Shown piece by piece: positions 26,595 to 39,013 of a stretch of DNA of 64,000 nt. Location: NCBI RefSeq assembly GCF_006345805.1, contig NC_043017.1, positions 10,788,001 through 10,852,000 on the forward strand, in the 5' to 3' direction. This DNA is from Octopus sinensis. Taxonomy: Eukaryota. Position 1 is the first letter of the stretch, and every line of letters begins with the position of its first letter. The notes under the pieces were generated by a model, which worked only from the letters and a program-made list of their open reading frames with translations, ran no database searches and was not told where the DNA came from. A program made the position numbers and the translations under genes.

Positions 26595-26990
26595 GGCGCA
26601 GAAGTGGCTGTAAGTAGTGGTAAGTAGCTCGTTTACCAACCACATGGTTCTGGGTTCAGTCCCACTGTGTGGCACCTTGGGCGAGTGTCTTCTACTATAG
26701 CCTCGGGCCGACCAAAGCCTTGTGAGTGGATTTGGTAGACGGAAACTGAAAGAAGCCCGTCGTATATATGTGTATATATGTATGTGCATGTATGTTTGTG
26801 TGTCTGTGTTTGTCCCCCTAGCATTGCTTGACAACCGATGCTAGTGTTTTTATGTCCCCGTCACTTAGCGATTCGGCAAAAGAGACCGATAGAATAAGTA
26901 CTGGGTTTACAAAGAATAAGTCCTGGGGTCGAGTTGCTCGATTAAAGGTGGTGCTCCAGCATGGCCGCAGTCAAAATGACTGAAACAGTA
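26595..26990 (+). mobile_element. SINE family A
   Basis: Full-length match to family A. Confidence 0.85.
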
Positions 26991-27147
26991 AAAAAAAAAA
27001 ATATATATATATATGATATTTACCATGTAAACTACGATGAAAACATTATGAGAAAGATATGGTGTATAATTTTTTTGTGTGGGTGTTCCTTGAGACATGT
27101 AATTTATTTTAAGGGTTATGTGAGGGATAAAAAGGTTGAGAAATTCC

Positions 27148-27478
27148 CCAGACTGTAGCCCCACTTCATTATTATGTGTGAGGTGCAGTCAAGTGAGAGA
27201 CCAACAAAACTCCTTGTAACACCAAAGATGTACTGAAGGCAAGGATTATGGCAGCATTCACCAACTTAAATAAAGAGACCGTCCAGAAGAGTTGCAGGAG
27301 ATTCTGAAGTTGTTTGGAGGCCATGGTTGAAGCCAATGGCGATTTTATTGAATAAATTTACTCTTTAGTATCTCAAGATATTTTTATGTAATTTTGGTAA
27401 ATATATCTGTTAAAATGAGATGTCAGTGTTATTTTCATTTTTGTGTAATTTAGATAACAGTTTATTCACTGCACCCTG
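27148..27478 (+). mobile_element. Tc1/mariner-superfamily (maT-like) transposon 3' fragment with terminal repeat
   Basis: Frameshifted PDCSP..YYV.GAV..ETNKTPCNTKD.LKARIMAAF...EANGDFIE*. Ends ttcactgcaccctg-TA. Related copy at about 43100-43340. Confidence 0.7.
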
Positions 27479-28121
27479 TATATATACATAAATACAAACA
27501 CATAAGCGCACACACATTAATACATACAGATGCATAAATACATACACACACACACACGCTTGTGTGTAAGTATGTGTACTTGTTTCTGTGTGTGTGTGTG
27601 TGTACGTGTACTCATTGACCAAGAGTCAAAACTATGTTCCTAATGCAACCAAAATCTTTCTCAAATCTGTTAAGGTTGTCCCAGTCCAGTTTATTTGATG
27701 ACCTTTTCAGCTTTGACCTTTCACATGTCTCTACTTCCTTCCAGCGAACCCCTTCCCCCACCAGCCATCCCACTCTCACCCCAGCATCTTTCCATGTTTG
27801 CAAGGAACCAAAATGATAGAACTAACCTTCTTTCTTGATCTTTCTTTACAAATTTCCCAAATCCTTTTATTTACTCTTTTTCTTTGTTTCTCTCTGTTTT
27901 TGTCTTTGTTCTTTTTTTTTATCTTTTTCTTTCCTGCTTTCTATTTCTTTTGCTCTTTCTACTTTCTCTTTTATTCTTTATCCACTCACCCCCATCTCTC
28001 TCTCTCTCATTTCACTTCCCCTGACACAAAAAAGATTTTCCTGTGCATAAAAAATATATTATGGGCGCAGTAGTTTATAGAATCGGTGGAGCATTGGATA
28101 AAATGCCTTGTGGTCTGCTAC

Positions 28122-28166
28122 TCTAGGCCGATGAAGGACAATGATCCTGAAACACGTGTCCCTAGA
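28122..28166 (+). ncRNA. Type I minimal hammerhead ribozyme (U4C core, palindromic stem III)
   Basis: tctagg-CCGATGA-agga(caatga)tcct-GAA-ac(acgt)gt-C-cctaga. All three stems intact; predicted cleavage after GUC at 28160. Confidence 0.8.
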
Positions 28167-28545
28167 TGCAGCTCCGGCGGCCGGGGGTGTTTGTCTCCCC
28201 TTCGTAAATGTATATAAGGACACAGGGAAAAATGTGTCAAAGCCATCAGGAGGCGTCGATGCTTCCTAGGGCTATACAGCGGTGGTGTACCCCCCTACTG
28301 TCATGCTCGTGTTAGATTGACAGTATACAACCATTCTATCGCCTCACCACCGTACATGTCTCTACAAGAGATTTAGAAATTTAGTATTTCTTATGGTATT
28401 TATTCTGGTTTTTTTATATTCCAAGTTCTGAGGTCAGTTTTACCTTTCATCTTTTCAACACTGATACATTTAAGAACCAATCAAGAACTCTTCCTTCCAA
28501 ATCTGCTGGTCTTGTGCCAAAAGCAGAGAACTACTATTATTATTA

Positions 28546-28586
<41 letters not shown>

Positions 28587-29323
28587 GAGCTGGCAGAATC
28601 GTTAGGATGCTGGACATAATGTTTATTATATTTTTCTGGCATTTATCATTCATCATCATCATCATCGTTTAACGTCCGCCTTCCATGCTAGCATGGGTTG
28701 GACGATTTTGACTGAGGGCTGGCGAACCAGACAGCCACACCAGGCTCCAATCTTGATCTGGCAGAGTTTCTGCAGCTGGATGCCCTTCCTAATGCCAACC
28801 ACTCCGATGGTCTAGTGGTTGCTTTTTACGTTGATTCTTTGTTCAAATTCTGCCGAGGTCAATTTTGCCTTTCACCTTTTCAGGGTTGATGAGATAAGTA
28901 CCAGTTGAGCAATGGGATTGATATAATCCCCTGAAATTGCTGGCCTTTTGCCAAAATTTGAAATCATCATTATCATATAGTGGGCAAAATACTTGGTGGC
29001 ACTTTGTCTGTCTTTGCGATCTGAGTTCAAATTCTGCCAAGGTTGACTTTACCTTTCATCGTTTCGAAGTCGATAAATTAAGTACCAGTTGCATACTGGG
29101 GTTGATTTAAGTGACTTAATCCCTGCCCCTAAATTTCAGGACTTGTGCCTTTAGTAGAAAGGATTATTATTATCATTATTGAGTTTCCATGTTTCAGATT
29201 CCAACTCGTATTTGGATCGATTGGTGCTATTGACTAATGCCCCTCCCTTCAAAATTGCTAGCTTCATTCCGAAATTGGAAACCATTATTTTAATGAATTC
29301 CTTCCTTTACCATTTGTTTTCAG

Positions 29324-29487
29324 GTCTGGATGATGTTGTTCTACCATATGTCCAGTATTTCTTAAACAGTGGCATTGATGGTAAGAAGTTGTTTATGATG
29401 TCCAATTTTGACCTGGAGAAACTCAACGTCACCAAGATTGGTCACCAAGAACTGATCCTAGAATCTATTGGATTATTGTTAACATTG
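29324..29487 (+). CDS. CNKSR: CNK/CNKSR scaffold protein, internal exon A (SAM domain)
   Basis: Acceptor ttttcag, donor gtaagt. Encodes (G)LDDVVLPYVQYFLNSGIDGKKLFMMSNFDLEKLNVTKIGHQELILESIGLLLTL. GLDD and IGHQELILE are CNK SAM motifs. Starts in phase 1, so an upstream coding exon is required. Confidence 0.95.
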
Positions 29488-29604
29488 GTAAGTTGTTTAT
29501 CATTATTATTATTATAATTATTGAAGATGTTGTTCAGTATCTAATATTGTGATGTTGTAGATTGAAGATATTGTGTGTACCGGAGTGGGGGGTGGGGTGG
29601 TGTT

Positions 29605-30510
29605 GTACTGTCTGTCAAGTCACAACAAGGACCTCAGACTGACAGTACTTTACACAATATGTAGGGTATTTCTAAAGCGTCCCCAGATGTTTCTTCAAGT
29701 TGGTTGGTATTGAACCCAGGCGGCGAGCTGGCAGAAATGCTAGCACACCGGGCGAAATGTGTAGCCATATTTCATCTGCTGTTATGTTCTGAGTTCAAAT
29801 TCCAAAAAAAAGGAGGGTCTCAAAGTGCAGAATCGCAAACATTTACCCACCTACTCTGATTTAAGGGGTCAGTGTAACAGAAAGATAAACACATCTGTCA
29901 CCAAAACACACAAATCAACGTGGGCTCGAGTTTACATTGGCGTCTGACCCTGACCTGCTAGAAATAGCAACCAAATCACATCCTCACTGTCCTTGGAAGC
30001 GTAGTGGATGATATAGACCTACACAAGGCGGCGAGCTGGCAGAAACGTTAGCACACCGGGCGAAATGCGTAAGCTGTATTTCGTCTGCCGTTATGTTCTG
30101 AGTTCAAATTCCGCCGAGGTTGACTTTGCCTTTCATCCTTTCGGGGCCTAAAAAATGATGTACCAGTTACGCACTGGGGTCGATGTAATCGACTTAATCC
30201 GTTTGTCTGTCCTTGTTTGTCCTCTCTGTGTTTAGCCCCTTGTGGGTAGTAAAGAAATAGGTATTGAACCCAATGCACCAATAACAATAGGAACAACCTT
30301 TATCTTTGACTCTTGCAGCTGCTTCACCTTGGAGATCTCAATTCTCAGGTCTCCATATTTGTTGACATTTTCTTTCATGATGTGTTGATCCCCCGGCACT
30401 GCCACGTCGATTATAAGGGACTCTTGTTTGTCCTTCCTAAAGGTTACTATATCCGGCCTTTGGTGTCCTAACACCTTGTCTGTCTGTCTGGAAGTCAAAG
30501 TCCCAGAGGA
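29605..30510 (-). mobile_element. R4-like LINE RLE fragment split by a SINE-B composite (29719-30259)
   Basis: QTDKVLGHQRPDIV...IIDVAVPGD...KYGDLRIEI...VPIVIGALGSIP continues as TNLKKHL beyond the insert. TSD ggtattgaaccca at 29706-29718 and 30260-30272. Confidence 0.8.
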
Positions 30511-30962
30511 TCTTTTCCTTCCTGTTTTCGTCCATTACCTTTTCTGTTTCTTTATTTCCCACAAGGGGCTAAACATAGAGGGGACTGACAAACGGACTGA
30601 GTCGATTACAGCGACCCCAGTGCGTAACTGGTACTTAATTTATCGACCCCCGAAAGGATGAAAGGCAAAGTCGACCTCGGTGGAATTTGAACTCAGAACG
30701 TAACGGCAGACGAAATACGGCTACGCATTTCGCCCGGCCTGGTAACGGTTCTGCCAGCTCCTCACCTTTACTGGAGCAACGTGAAATGAAGTGTTTTGCT
30801 CAAGAACACAACGCATCACCCGATCCAGGATTCGAAACCACAACCTTACGATCATGATGTGGACAGCATAACCACTAAGCCACGTGCCCCCACTACCTTT
30901 ACCTTTTTTGGTGTATGTTGGTACCAAACACCTGTTACCTCATGTCCATACTTCTCACATGT

Positions 30963-31350
30963 GGAGGCGCAATGGCCCCGTGGTTAGGGCAAGCGGACTC
31001 GCGGTCATAGGATTGCGGTTTCGATTCCCAGACCGGGCGTTGTGAGTGTTTATTGAGCGAAAACACCTAAAAGCTCCACGAGGCCCCGGCAGGAGATGGT
31101 GGTGATCCCTGCTGTAGTCTTTCACCACAACTTTCTCTCACTCTTACTTCCTGTTTCTGTTGTACCTGTATTTCAAGGGGCTGGCCTTGTCACTCTCTGT
31201 GTCATGCTGAATATCCCCGAGAACTACGTTAAGGGTACACGTGTTTGTGGAGTGCTCAGCCACGTACACTTTAATTTTACGAGCAGGCTGTTCCATTGAT
31301 CGGATCAATCGGAACCCTCGTTGTCATAACCGACGGAGTGCTTCCATCCA
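30963..31350 (+). mobile_element. tRNA-derived SINE family D
   Basis: Head ggaggcgcaatggcc...ggttagggc...ggtttcgattcc. Near-identical to 53026-53413. Confidence 0.85.
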
Positions 31351-32140
31351 CTTCTCACATAATAGCCAGTGCAGATTCTGGGCCACCTTGTTGCATCTGC
31401 GCTTGTACACTTTCTGCGCAAGACTTAATATTATTGTGCTGAGCTGGCAGGACTAAACCAGGAACTTTACCACACTGCACCTTATCTTACTAACATTTCT
31501 TCCGTCTCTTGGTCTTGAGCTCAAATGCCATCTAGGTCGGCTCTATTATTCATTTTTTGTGTGTTATTAAAATACCAGTCAAGTATGGGGGTGGGGGGAT
31601 GTTATCAATTAACCTTCTCCCCCCTAAAATTGCTGGCCTTGTACCAAAATTCGAAACTATTGTTATTATCAGAATTTAGTAATGGTAAATGCCTTATATT
31701 TAGTTATACCCCCAGGTATGTGTGTGTGTGTGCATATTTGTGTATGTTTATATTCATGTGTATGTGAATACACATCACTTTGTGTATGTGTGTGTATATT
31801 TGTGTATGTTTATATTTGTGTGTGTGGATGCACATTTGTTTTGTGTATGTGTGTGTATTTGTGTATGTTTATATTGGTGTATGTGAATACACATTCACTT
31901 TGTGTGTGTGTTTGTATGTTTATATTCATTTTGTGTGTGTGTGTTATTTGCTTTGTGTATAAATGTGTACCCTGGTTTTTAGAACAGGTAGACCCTATCA
32001 CACGATAAGAGTCACTTAAAAGAGTTGGCATCAGGAGAGGCATTTATGTATAAAACACTGCTACAAAAAAATCCCTTCCAACCATGCCAACATTGAAAAA
32101 TGGGTGTAAAAGAAATGTCATTTTTTTTCCATTTTTGCAG

Positions 32141-32370
32141 CGGTATGGATTTGAATCTGAAAACCTGCAGTCTTTGGCGCTTCAGCTGAGCGTGAAGGCT
32201 CGGTGTTTGGTTGCTGTGTTAAACAAACAATTAGCTGAAGAAGCAACAAACAAGAGCCATGTTTCTTCCAACAGACGTGATTCCTCAAAACAAACCATTT
32301 CTGTACCGATTCTCTCTGCAGTCTGTGATATTATCAGTTCTCTGAAACCAATTGTGACCTGGCTTGACCG
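32141..32370 (+). CDS. CNKSR: CNK exon B (CRIC domain N-part)
   Basis: Acceptor tttttgcag, donor gtgagt. Encodes RYGFESENLQSLALQL...SAVCDIISSLKPIVTWLD(R), matching CNK YGLETENL...WLDR. In frame with exon A. Confidence 0.95.
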
Positions 32371-33229
32371 GTGAGTGCCTTTTTTTTTATTAACCTTTGG
32401 CCATTAATTCTTAACCCCTTAGCCTTTTTCCTACCAAACTGCCTCTGGTTCTATTGTTTAAACTTTCTGAAATTTCATAATAATCATATTCCAAACTCCA
32501 ACTTAATAATCACAAAGATATTTTATTTAATTCTTCTTTATTTCCAAAACTAATTGAAACAAAGCCAGTGTCTTTCAACTGAAATATGGTAAAGAGAAAG
32601 TGAAAGTGATCAAAAAACTTGATATCAAAATTTTATGCTAATTTATGTTTTAAATATCAGCTTAATAATGACAGTTACTTTACTAGATTCCTCATTATTC
32701 TCAAAATTAATTGAAAGAAAGATGGTTTATTTCAACAGAAATATCATCACAAAATGGCTAAGTGATTGTTTGAAATACTGGGTAAAATCTTTCTTAAATC
32801 TTTTGTGACCAACCTGTTTGAAACTGGTTCAGTTATAATGACTTTCTGTTTTAAAGTAACCTATATTAAAACTGTCCTTCAAAATTCCATGTTCCTTCAT
32901 GATCCAAACACCAGCTTAATAATGACAATTATTTTACTAAATTCTTCATCTCAACAGAAATATGTTAACAAAGAATTTGATAAAATAACATTGTCATTAT
33001 GAAGTTGGTGTTTGGAATATAAATTAACATGGAATTTTGATGGAATGTTTTAATGTTGATTATTTTAGAAGAGGAAGCTTATATCATAAAACCAGGGGTA
33101 GTCTCAGGCTGGTTGGCATCGGAGGGGTTAATTAATTAGGAGTTAATTAAATGGGATTTTCATTTATTTGGCTGATACTTATTTCATCAAACCAGAGAAG
33201 AGAATTGACTTTGGCAATTTTCATGCTAC

Positions 33230-33540
33230 TCTATTTAGAGGTGTCGAGAAGAGCAGGCATGGGGAGTTTGCAGGACATGGTGAGTAAGTAGATATGGCTT
33301 ACTGACCATGTGCTTCGATTACTGTGGGAGAGACATGCTACCATCGTGATAGTGGATACTAGGAGGAGGAATGAAACCGAGAGGAAGACCAAGGAAGATG
33401 TGGTGCAGTATGTTCTGGAATGATGTGATAGAGGTAGGAGTTGGCTTTGAGTGGATCCAGGAGGAAGATGAGCAATTAGGGGGTCTGGAGAAGGCTCATT
33501 GCTTGTTGTTCTGAAAGCACTGGAGGAGCTAAGAGAGCTA
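33230..33540 (+). mobile_element. Decayed RTE-like LINE 3' fragment
   Basis: Remnant HVLR and KPRGRPRKMW motifs. Confidence 0.55.
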
Positions 33541-33584
33541 TTTAGAAAAGTAGAAAGAACATGCTGGGTAGTGTAGTCTTAGAT

Positions 33585-34212
33585 CAGTGCTTTTCAAACT
33601 TTTTGCTGGAGCGGAACCCCAAGGAAACATTCCTCTGGCTTGAGGAACCCCTGTGCAATAATTTAATTGTCTTATGCACACATATAGGCGCAGGAGTGGC
33701 TGTGTGGTAAGTAGCTTGCTAACCAACCACATGGTTCCGGGTTCAGTCCCACTGCGTGGCATCTTGGGCAGGTGTCTTCTGCTATAGCCCAGAGCCGACC
33801 AATGCCTTGTGAGTGGATTTGGTAGACGGAAACTGAAAGAAGCCTGTCGTATATATGTATATACATATGTGTGTGTTTGTGTCTCTGTGTTTGTCCCCCT
33901 AGCATTGCTTGACAACCGATGCTGGTGTGTTTACATCCCCGTCACTTAGCGGTTCGGCAAAAAGAGACCGATAGAATAAGTACTGGGCTTACAAAGAATA
34001 AGTCCCGGGGTCGATTTGCTCGACTAAAGGCGGTGCTCCAGCATGGCCGCAGTCAAATGACTGAAACAAGTAAAAGAGTAAAAAAAGAGTATATCTGCAC
34101 AGGAGAATTAAAAATTACTGTCGATTTTAGCATTTTTGTAACTTCTTGCGGAACCCCTGGACTGTACTGGCGGAACCCTAAGGTTCCGCGGAACTCTGGT
34201 TGAAAACCATTG
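33585..34212 (-). mobile_element. hAT MITE with a nested SINE A (33687-34091)
   Basis: Inverted copy of 9478-9696. TSD tcttagat at 33577-33584 and 34213-34220. Confidence 0.9.
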
Positions 34213-37030
34213 TCTTAGATAGATATAGTCCTGTTTGAGGAAAAGAAAAGTAGATGGATAGATAGATAGATAGACAAACAGAAGACAGTCACAGCTAATC
34301 TGGTGGTTCTTAGTTGACCTGGGACTTACTGACGGCAATAACAACAATTATTGTTATCATACCACCAGCTGTAGATTAAGCTTCTGTCTGTCATGTTTAT
34401 AATTTTCCTTTATCACACTGCCACCACCACCACTACCACCACCACCACTACCACCACCACCACTACCACCACCATCATCATAACCACTGCTGTCACTACC
34501 ATCACCATCATCACGATTGAACAGTTGGATGTCATTTATAATTAATTAGCCGATTGTGAGGAACAGAATCTGTAATTGCTATTAGCCCCCCCCCCCACAC
34601 ACACACTCCATCCATGCATCCTCTGGTATTCTTACTCACCCCCCCACCCCTGTTTCTCTCTCCCTTTTTTATCCCACTTCATCGCTTTCTCCTCTTCCCC
34701 CTCAACCACCCCCTGTGTCCCCCCTCCTTGACATAATTTTTCTATCCCAATTATTGATAACTGTGTGAACTGCTGCTATCAGGGTCTGAGGGGCTGGAAG
34801 GAGTGGAGGTGAGTGAGAGAGAGCAGTAAACAATTGCTGGGCTGATCTGTAAATATCTAAGGTTGATGTTGTTTAACCCTAGGTCGACCGAGGTGGAAGG
34901 AGGCAGGTCTCTGACCAAAAGTGTTCCAGTTACCATGACCAACCATCTGTTTTATGAATATCATTAACTATATTGTCTTAGAATTGTGAGCATTTGATGT
35001 TCTAAGTTCAAATTTCGCCAAAGTTGACTTTGCCTTTCATGCTTTTGGGGTTGATAAAATAAGTACCAGTTGAGCACTGGGGTCGATGTAATCGACTCAT
35101 CCCCTCCCCCCAAATTACTGCCCTTGTGGCAAAATTTGAAATTATTATTATTAACGCCGAGCAAGATGCTTAGCGGTATTTTGTGTCTTTATGTTCTGAG
35201 TTCAAATTTCGCTGCGGTCAACTTTGCCTTTCATCCTCATGGGTCGATAAATTAAGTACCACTTGCGTACTGGGGTCGATCTAATCCACTGGCTCCTCCC
35301 CCAAAATTTTAGACCTTGTGCCAAGAATGGAAAAAGAAAAAAATTATTAAGGCGCAGGTGTGGCTGTGTGGTATGTAGCTTGCTTACCAACCACATGATT
35401 CCAGGTTCAGTCCCACTGTGTGGCACCTTGGAGAAGTGTCTTCTACTATAGCTACAGGCCGACCAGAGCCTTGTGAGTGGATTTGGTAGAAGGAAACTGA
35501 AAGAAGCCTGTCGTATATATGTATGTGTGTGTGTGTGTATATGTTTGTGTGTCTGTGTTTGTTCCCCAGCATTGCTTGACAACCGATGGTGTGCTTATGA
35601 CCCCGTAACTTAGTGGTTCAGCAAAATAGACCAATAGAATAAGTACTAGGCTTACAAAGAATAAGTCCTGGGGCCAGTGTAATAGACTCCAAAAATTCAG
35701 GCCTTGTGCCTATAATAGAAAGGATTATTATTAATCAAGGTGATGAACTGGCAGAATCGTTAGCAAGCTGGGCAAAATACTTAGAGGCATTTTGTCCTTC
35801 TTTATATTCTATTCCACTGAGATTGACTTTTGCTTTTCATCCTTTTGGGGTCGATAAATTAAGTACCAGTGAAACTCAGGGGGCGATTTAATTGACTAGT
35901 CCCCTCCACTCAAATTTCAGGCCTTGTACCTTTAGTAGAAAGGATTATTATTATTATTATTAGGCATTGGGTGCCCCTTGAGAGAGATTTGGCTGCTATT
36001 TCTAGCAGATCAACAAGTGCCTGCATAGAGTCTTCTTCAGACTGGCTTTCAAATAATAACTGCACTTTGTAGTAGTAGTGGTGGTGGTGGTGGTGGTGGT
36101 TGTGGGAGACATGGTTGGTGAGGCTGATATGTAGATAAATGTTTGGTAGTGGTGGTCAAAGGAAGGAGAGGGAAAAGTAGTTGTTATCGGGGGGGGGGTA
36201 TGGGGGGAGTTGTAACAACTACAATGATGATGATAACAGTGATGTTTATTTTATTGATGGTGGAGGATGTAATTTTGATAACTCTGTGTGTGTGTGTGTA
36301 TGTGTGTGTGTGTGTATATCTCGTGTGGCTCAATTATGATTGTATTGTTGTTTAACCCTAGGTCAGACTTGAATGCACAGTTCTCCGTGCCAGTTGTGAC
36401 CACCCTGTTGTGTCCCTTTCCTTGGCACAGTCCACCCAGAAGGACATTCATTGCATTATTCAACATGTCGTTCTTTCTTAAAGACTGTCAGATTGCAGTT
36501 TGAAAGCGAGAGGGACAGAAATTTGGCTGCTATTTCTTGCTACTCACACAACAACGTTGAAACCCTCCCTCCGCCCACCATTCTCTCCCCTTACTCTCTC
36601 ATTGGCGCTCATTAACTGCATCTTGTTTTGCTCTGGTGAGGTGTGAGCCAACAGGTGTTCTGTTAACTTGCAGTGCTGATAAGGCTTTACATTTCGGTTC
36701 TAGGCTTTGTTTCGTTGCTGTCCAGGTTCAATGAAACCCCTCAGCCCTTGTCTACCTTGGGTACAGGTCACTTCAGTGCAAGCATTTGGAGTTTTCTCTT
36801 TGCTCATTTTTTCCTCTATTGACATCGATCCTCTTGTTTTATGGTCATGGTACATTGGTACAGGAGTGGCTGTGTGGTAAGGTGTTTGCTTCCCAACTAC
36901 ATGGTTCTGGGTTCAGTCCCACTTCTTGGCATCTTGAACAAGTGTTTCTACTATAACTTCAGGCTGACCAAAGCCTTCTAAGTGGATCTGATTGATGGAA
37001 ACTGAAAGAAGCCTGTCACATTATATATAT

Positions 37031-37084
<54 letters not shown>

Positions 37085-38695
37085 AGTGTTTGTACCCCAC
37101 TAATGGTGTTTGTGTGTGTATGTCTCTGTGACTTAACAGGTCAGCAAAAGAGACCAATAGAATAAGCACAGACTTAAATAAAATATATATTGGGATCAAT
37201 TTGTTCGACTAAAATTCTTCAAGGTAGTGCCCCAGCATGGCCACAGTACAATGACAGTAACAAGCAAAGAATAAAAGCTGATGATGATATATATATATAG
37301 GCTTGTGTATGTAGCAGCTGTGATGTTTTTTATTATGTCTAATGTTTACGTCTGGAAATGGTAAAGGTGATACCATCAGCACAGCACAATGCTAAAAATC
37401 AGCTCTGAGATGATGAACAGAGACAAGCCATAAATACAAACCAACTCCAACCGACTGCTGAAAGTCAGGCAAATACACAGGCACACACACAGACACACAT
37501 ATACAAGCAAATACACACACATGCACACAGGCACACACAGATATACACAGATTCAAAGCTTCAAAACATTAAGTAATTTAATAACCACTAACCAGAGTCC
37601 CAATACAGTTGCCAATGAATTGCTATAAAATACCATTAAAATGCCAATGGTTTAGCCAGTGCTAACCATTTTTATTCAGAATACAAAACCCACAAAGTTC
37701 AAGAAAAACTGATAGACCAATGCTGCTGCCACTTGGGAATAGATTTCCATTGTGTTGTTATGTCTTCGCTTTCTCTTGTATCATTCAATTGTTGTTATGT
37801 AGAAAAACCCAATTGCGTTGTGGTTTTGTCTTGTTTCAATCATTGGACTGCAGTCATTCCAGGGCAACATCTTCGAACAGTTTTTGGGAGAATAAATCAT
37901 CTGCAGTGTTTATGGTTGTTTTTTTTCTGAAGTCTGGTACTTATTCTGTTGATCTCTGTTGCTGAACTGCTAAGTTATGGGGGTCGTAAAGAAACTAACA
38001 TTACTTGTTAAGGAGTGGAGTAAGAAACGCTCTCTCTCATACACACACATACACAGCAGGCTTCCACACAGTTTCCATTTGCCAAATTTGTTCACAAGGC
38101 ATTGGTTGATCTGGGGAAGACCCTTGCCCAAGGTGCCACTCAGTGGAACTGAACCTGGAACCATGAAGTTGGGAAGCAAGCATCTTAACCATACAGCTGT
38201 AATCTTTTTTTTTTTCGTATTTCTCCTGACAAGTTCTTCACAGATTATCAATAGCAATAAGATTTCATTGTCCATCATTGTTTTTTTCCTTCTTTATTTT
38301 TTGGGATCTTCAAGGTCCTTACATTTTGGATAATGTACTCGATGGATCAAAAGCCATAATGTCTGACTGCATAGTGCAACTTGTGGGTATAATCTGGTCT
38401 TCAACCGTTTGTATCAGTTGCATTTTTATACTTCGTGACTTTTGGCCCCTCCTGTATTACTGCTATGTTTTTTGCAGGTCTTGGCAATAGTATTGGTGCT
38501 TCATTAGTTTACTAAAGCTAATAGAAGAAATCAACAATACATTTAACAAAGCACTAATGCTAATTTTTTTTCTTTTTCTTTTTTTTTTTTATTAAATTAC
38601 CAAAAATCAAGGCATTGGACTGACTGGCAGACTCATGAAAACATTGGAGAAGATGCTCTGTGGTGTTTCTTTTGATTCATTACATTCTCTGTTCA

Positions 38696-39013
38696 AGCAT
38701 GGCTTAGTGGTTAGGGCATTCGGCTGACGATTGTAAGGTCGTGAGTTCGATTCCTGGCGATGCGTTGTGTCCTTGAGCAAGACACTTTATTTCACGTTGC
38801 TCCAGTCCACTCGGCTGGCAAAAATGAGCTGTACCTGTATTTCAAAGGGCCAGCCTTGTCACACTCTGTGTCACGCTGAATCTCCCTGAGAACTACGTTA
38901 AGGGTACAAGTGTCTGTGGATTGCTCAGTCACTTGCACGTTAATTCCACGAGCAAGCTGTTCCGTTGATCGTATCAGCTGGGACCCTCGTCGTCGTAACC
39001 GACGGAGTGCTCC
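38696..39013 (+). mobile_element. Chimeric tRNA-SINE (head shared with the 46455-46713 element, tail shared with family D)
   Basis: Head gcatggcttagtggttaggg...gttgctccagtccactc joined to tail ctgtacctgtatttcaaagggcc...gacggagtgct. Confidence 0.75.

Noticed and set aside
1-29323. First coding exon of CNK (expected M...W....V..W..G before a phase-1 donor)
   Set aside because: No matching sequence was found by eye. It probably lies upstream of the window, though a short exon could have been missed.
30963-31035. tRNA gene-like sequence, also at 53026, 38696 and the family A heads
   Set aside because: A/B-box heads continue into multicopy SINE bodies and lack a proper acceptor stem.
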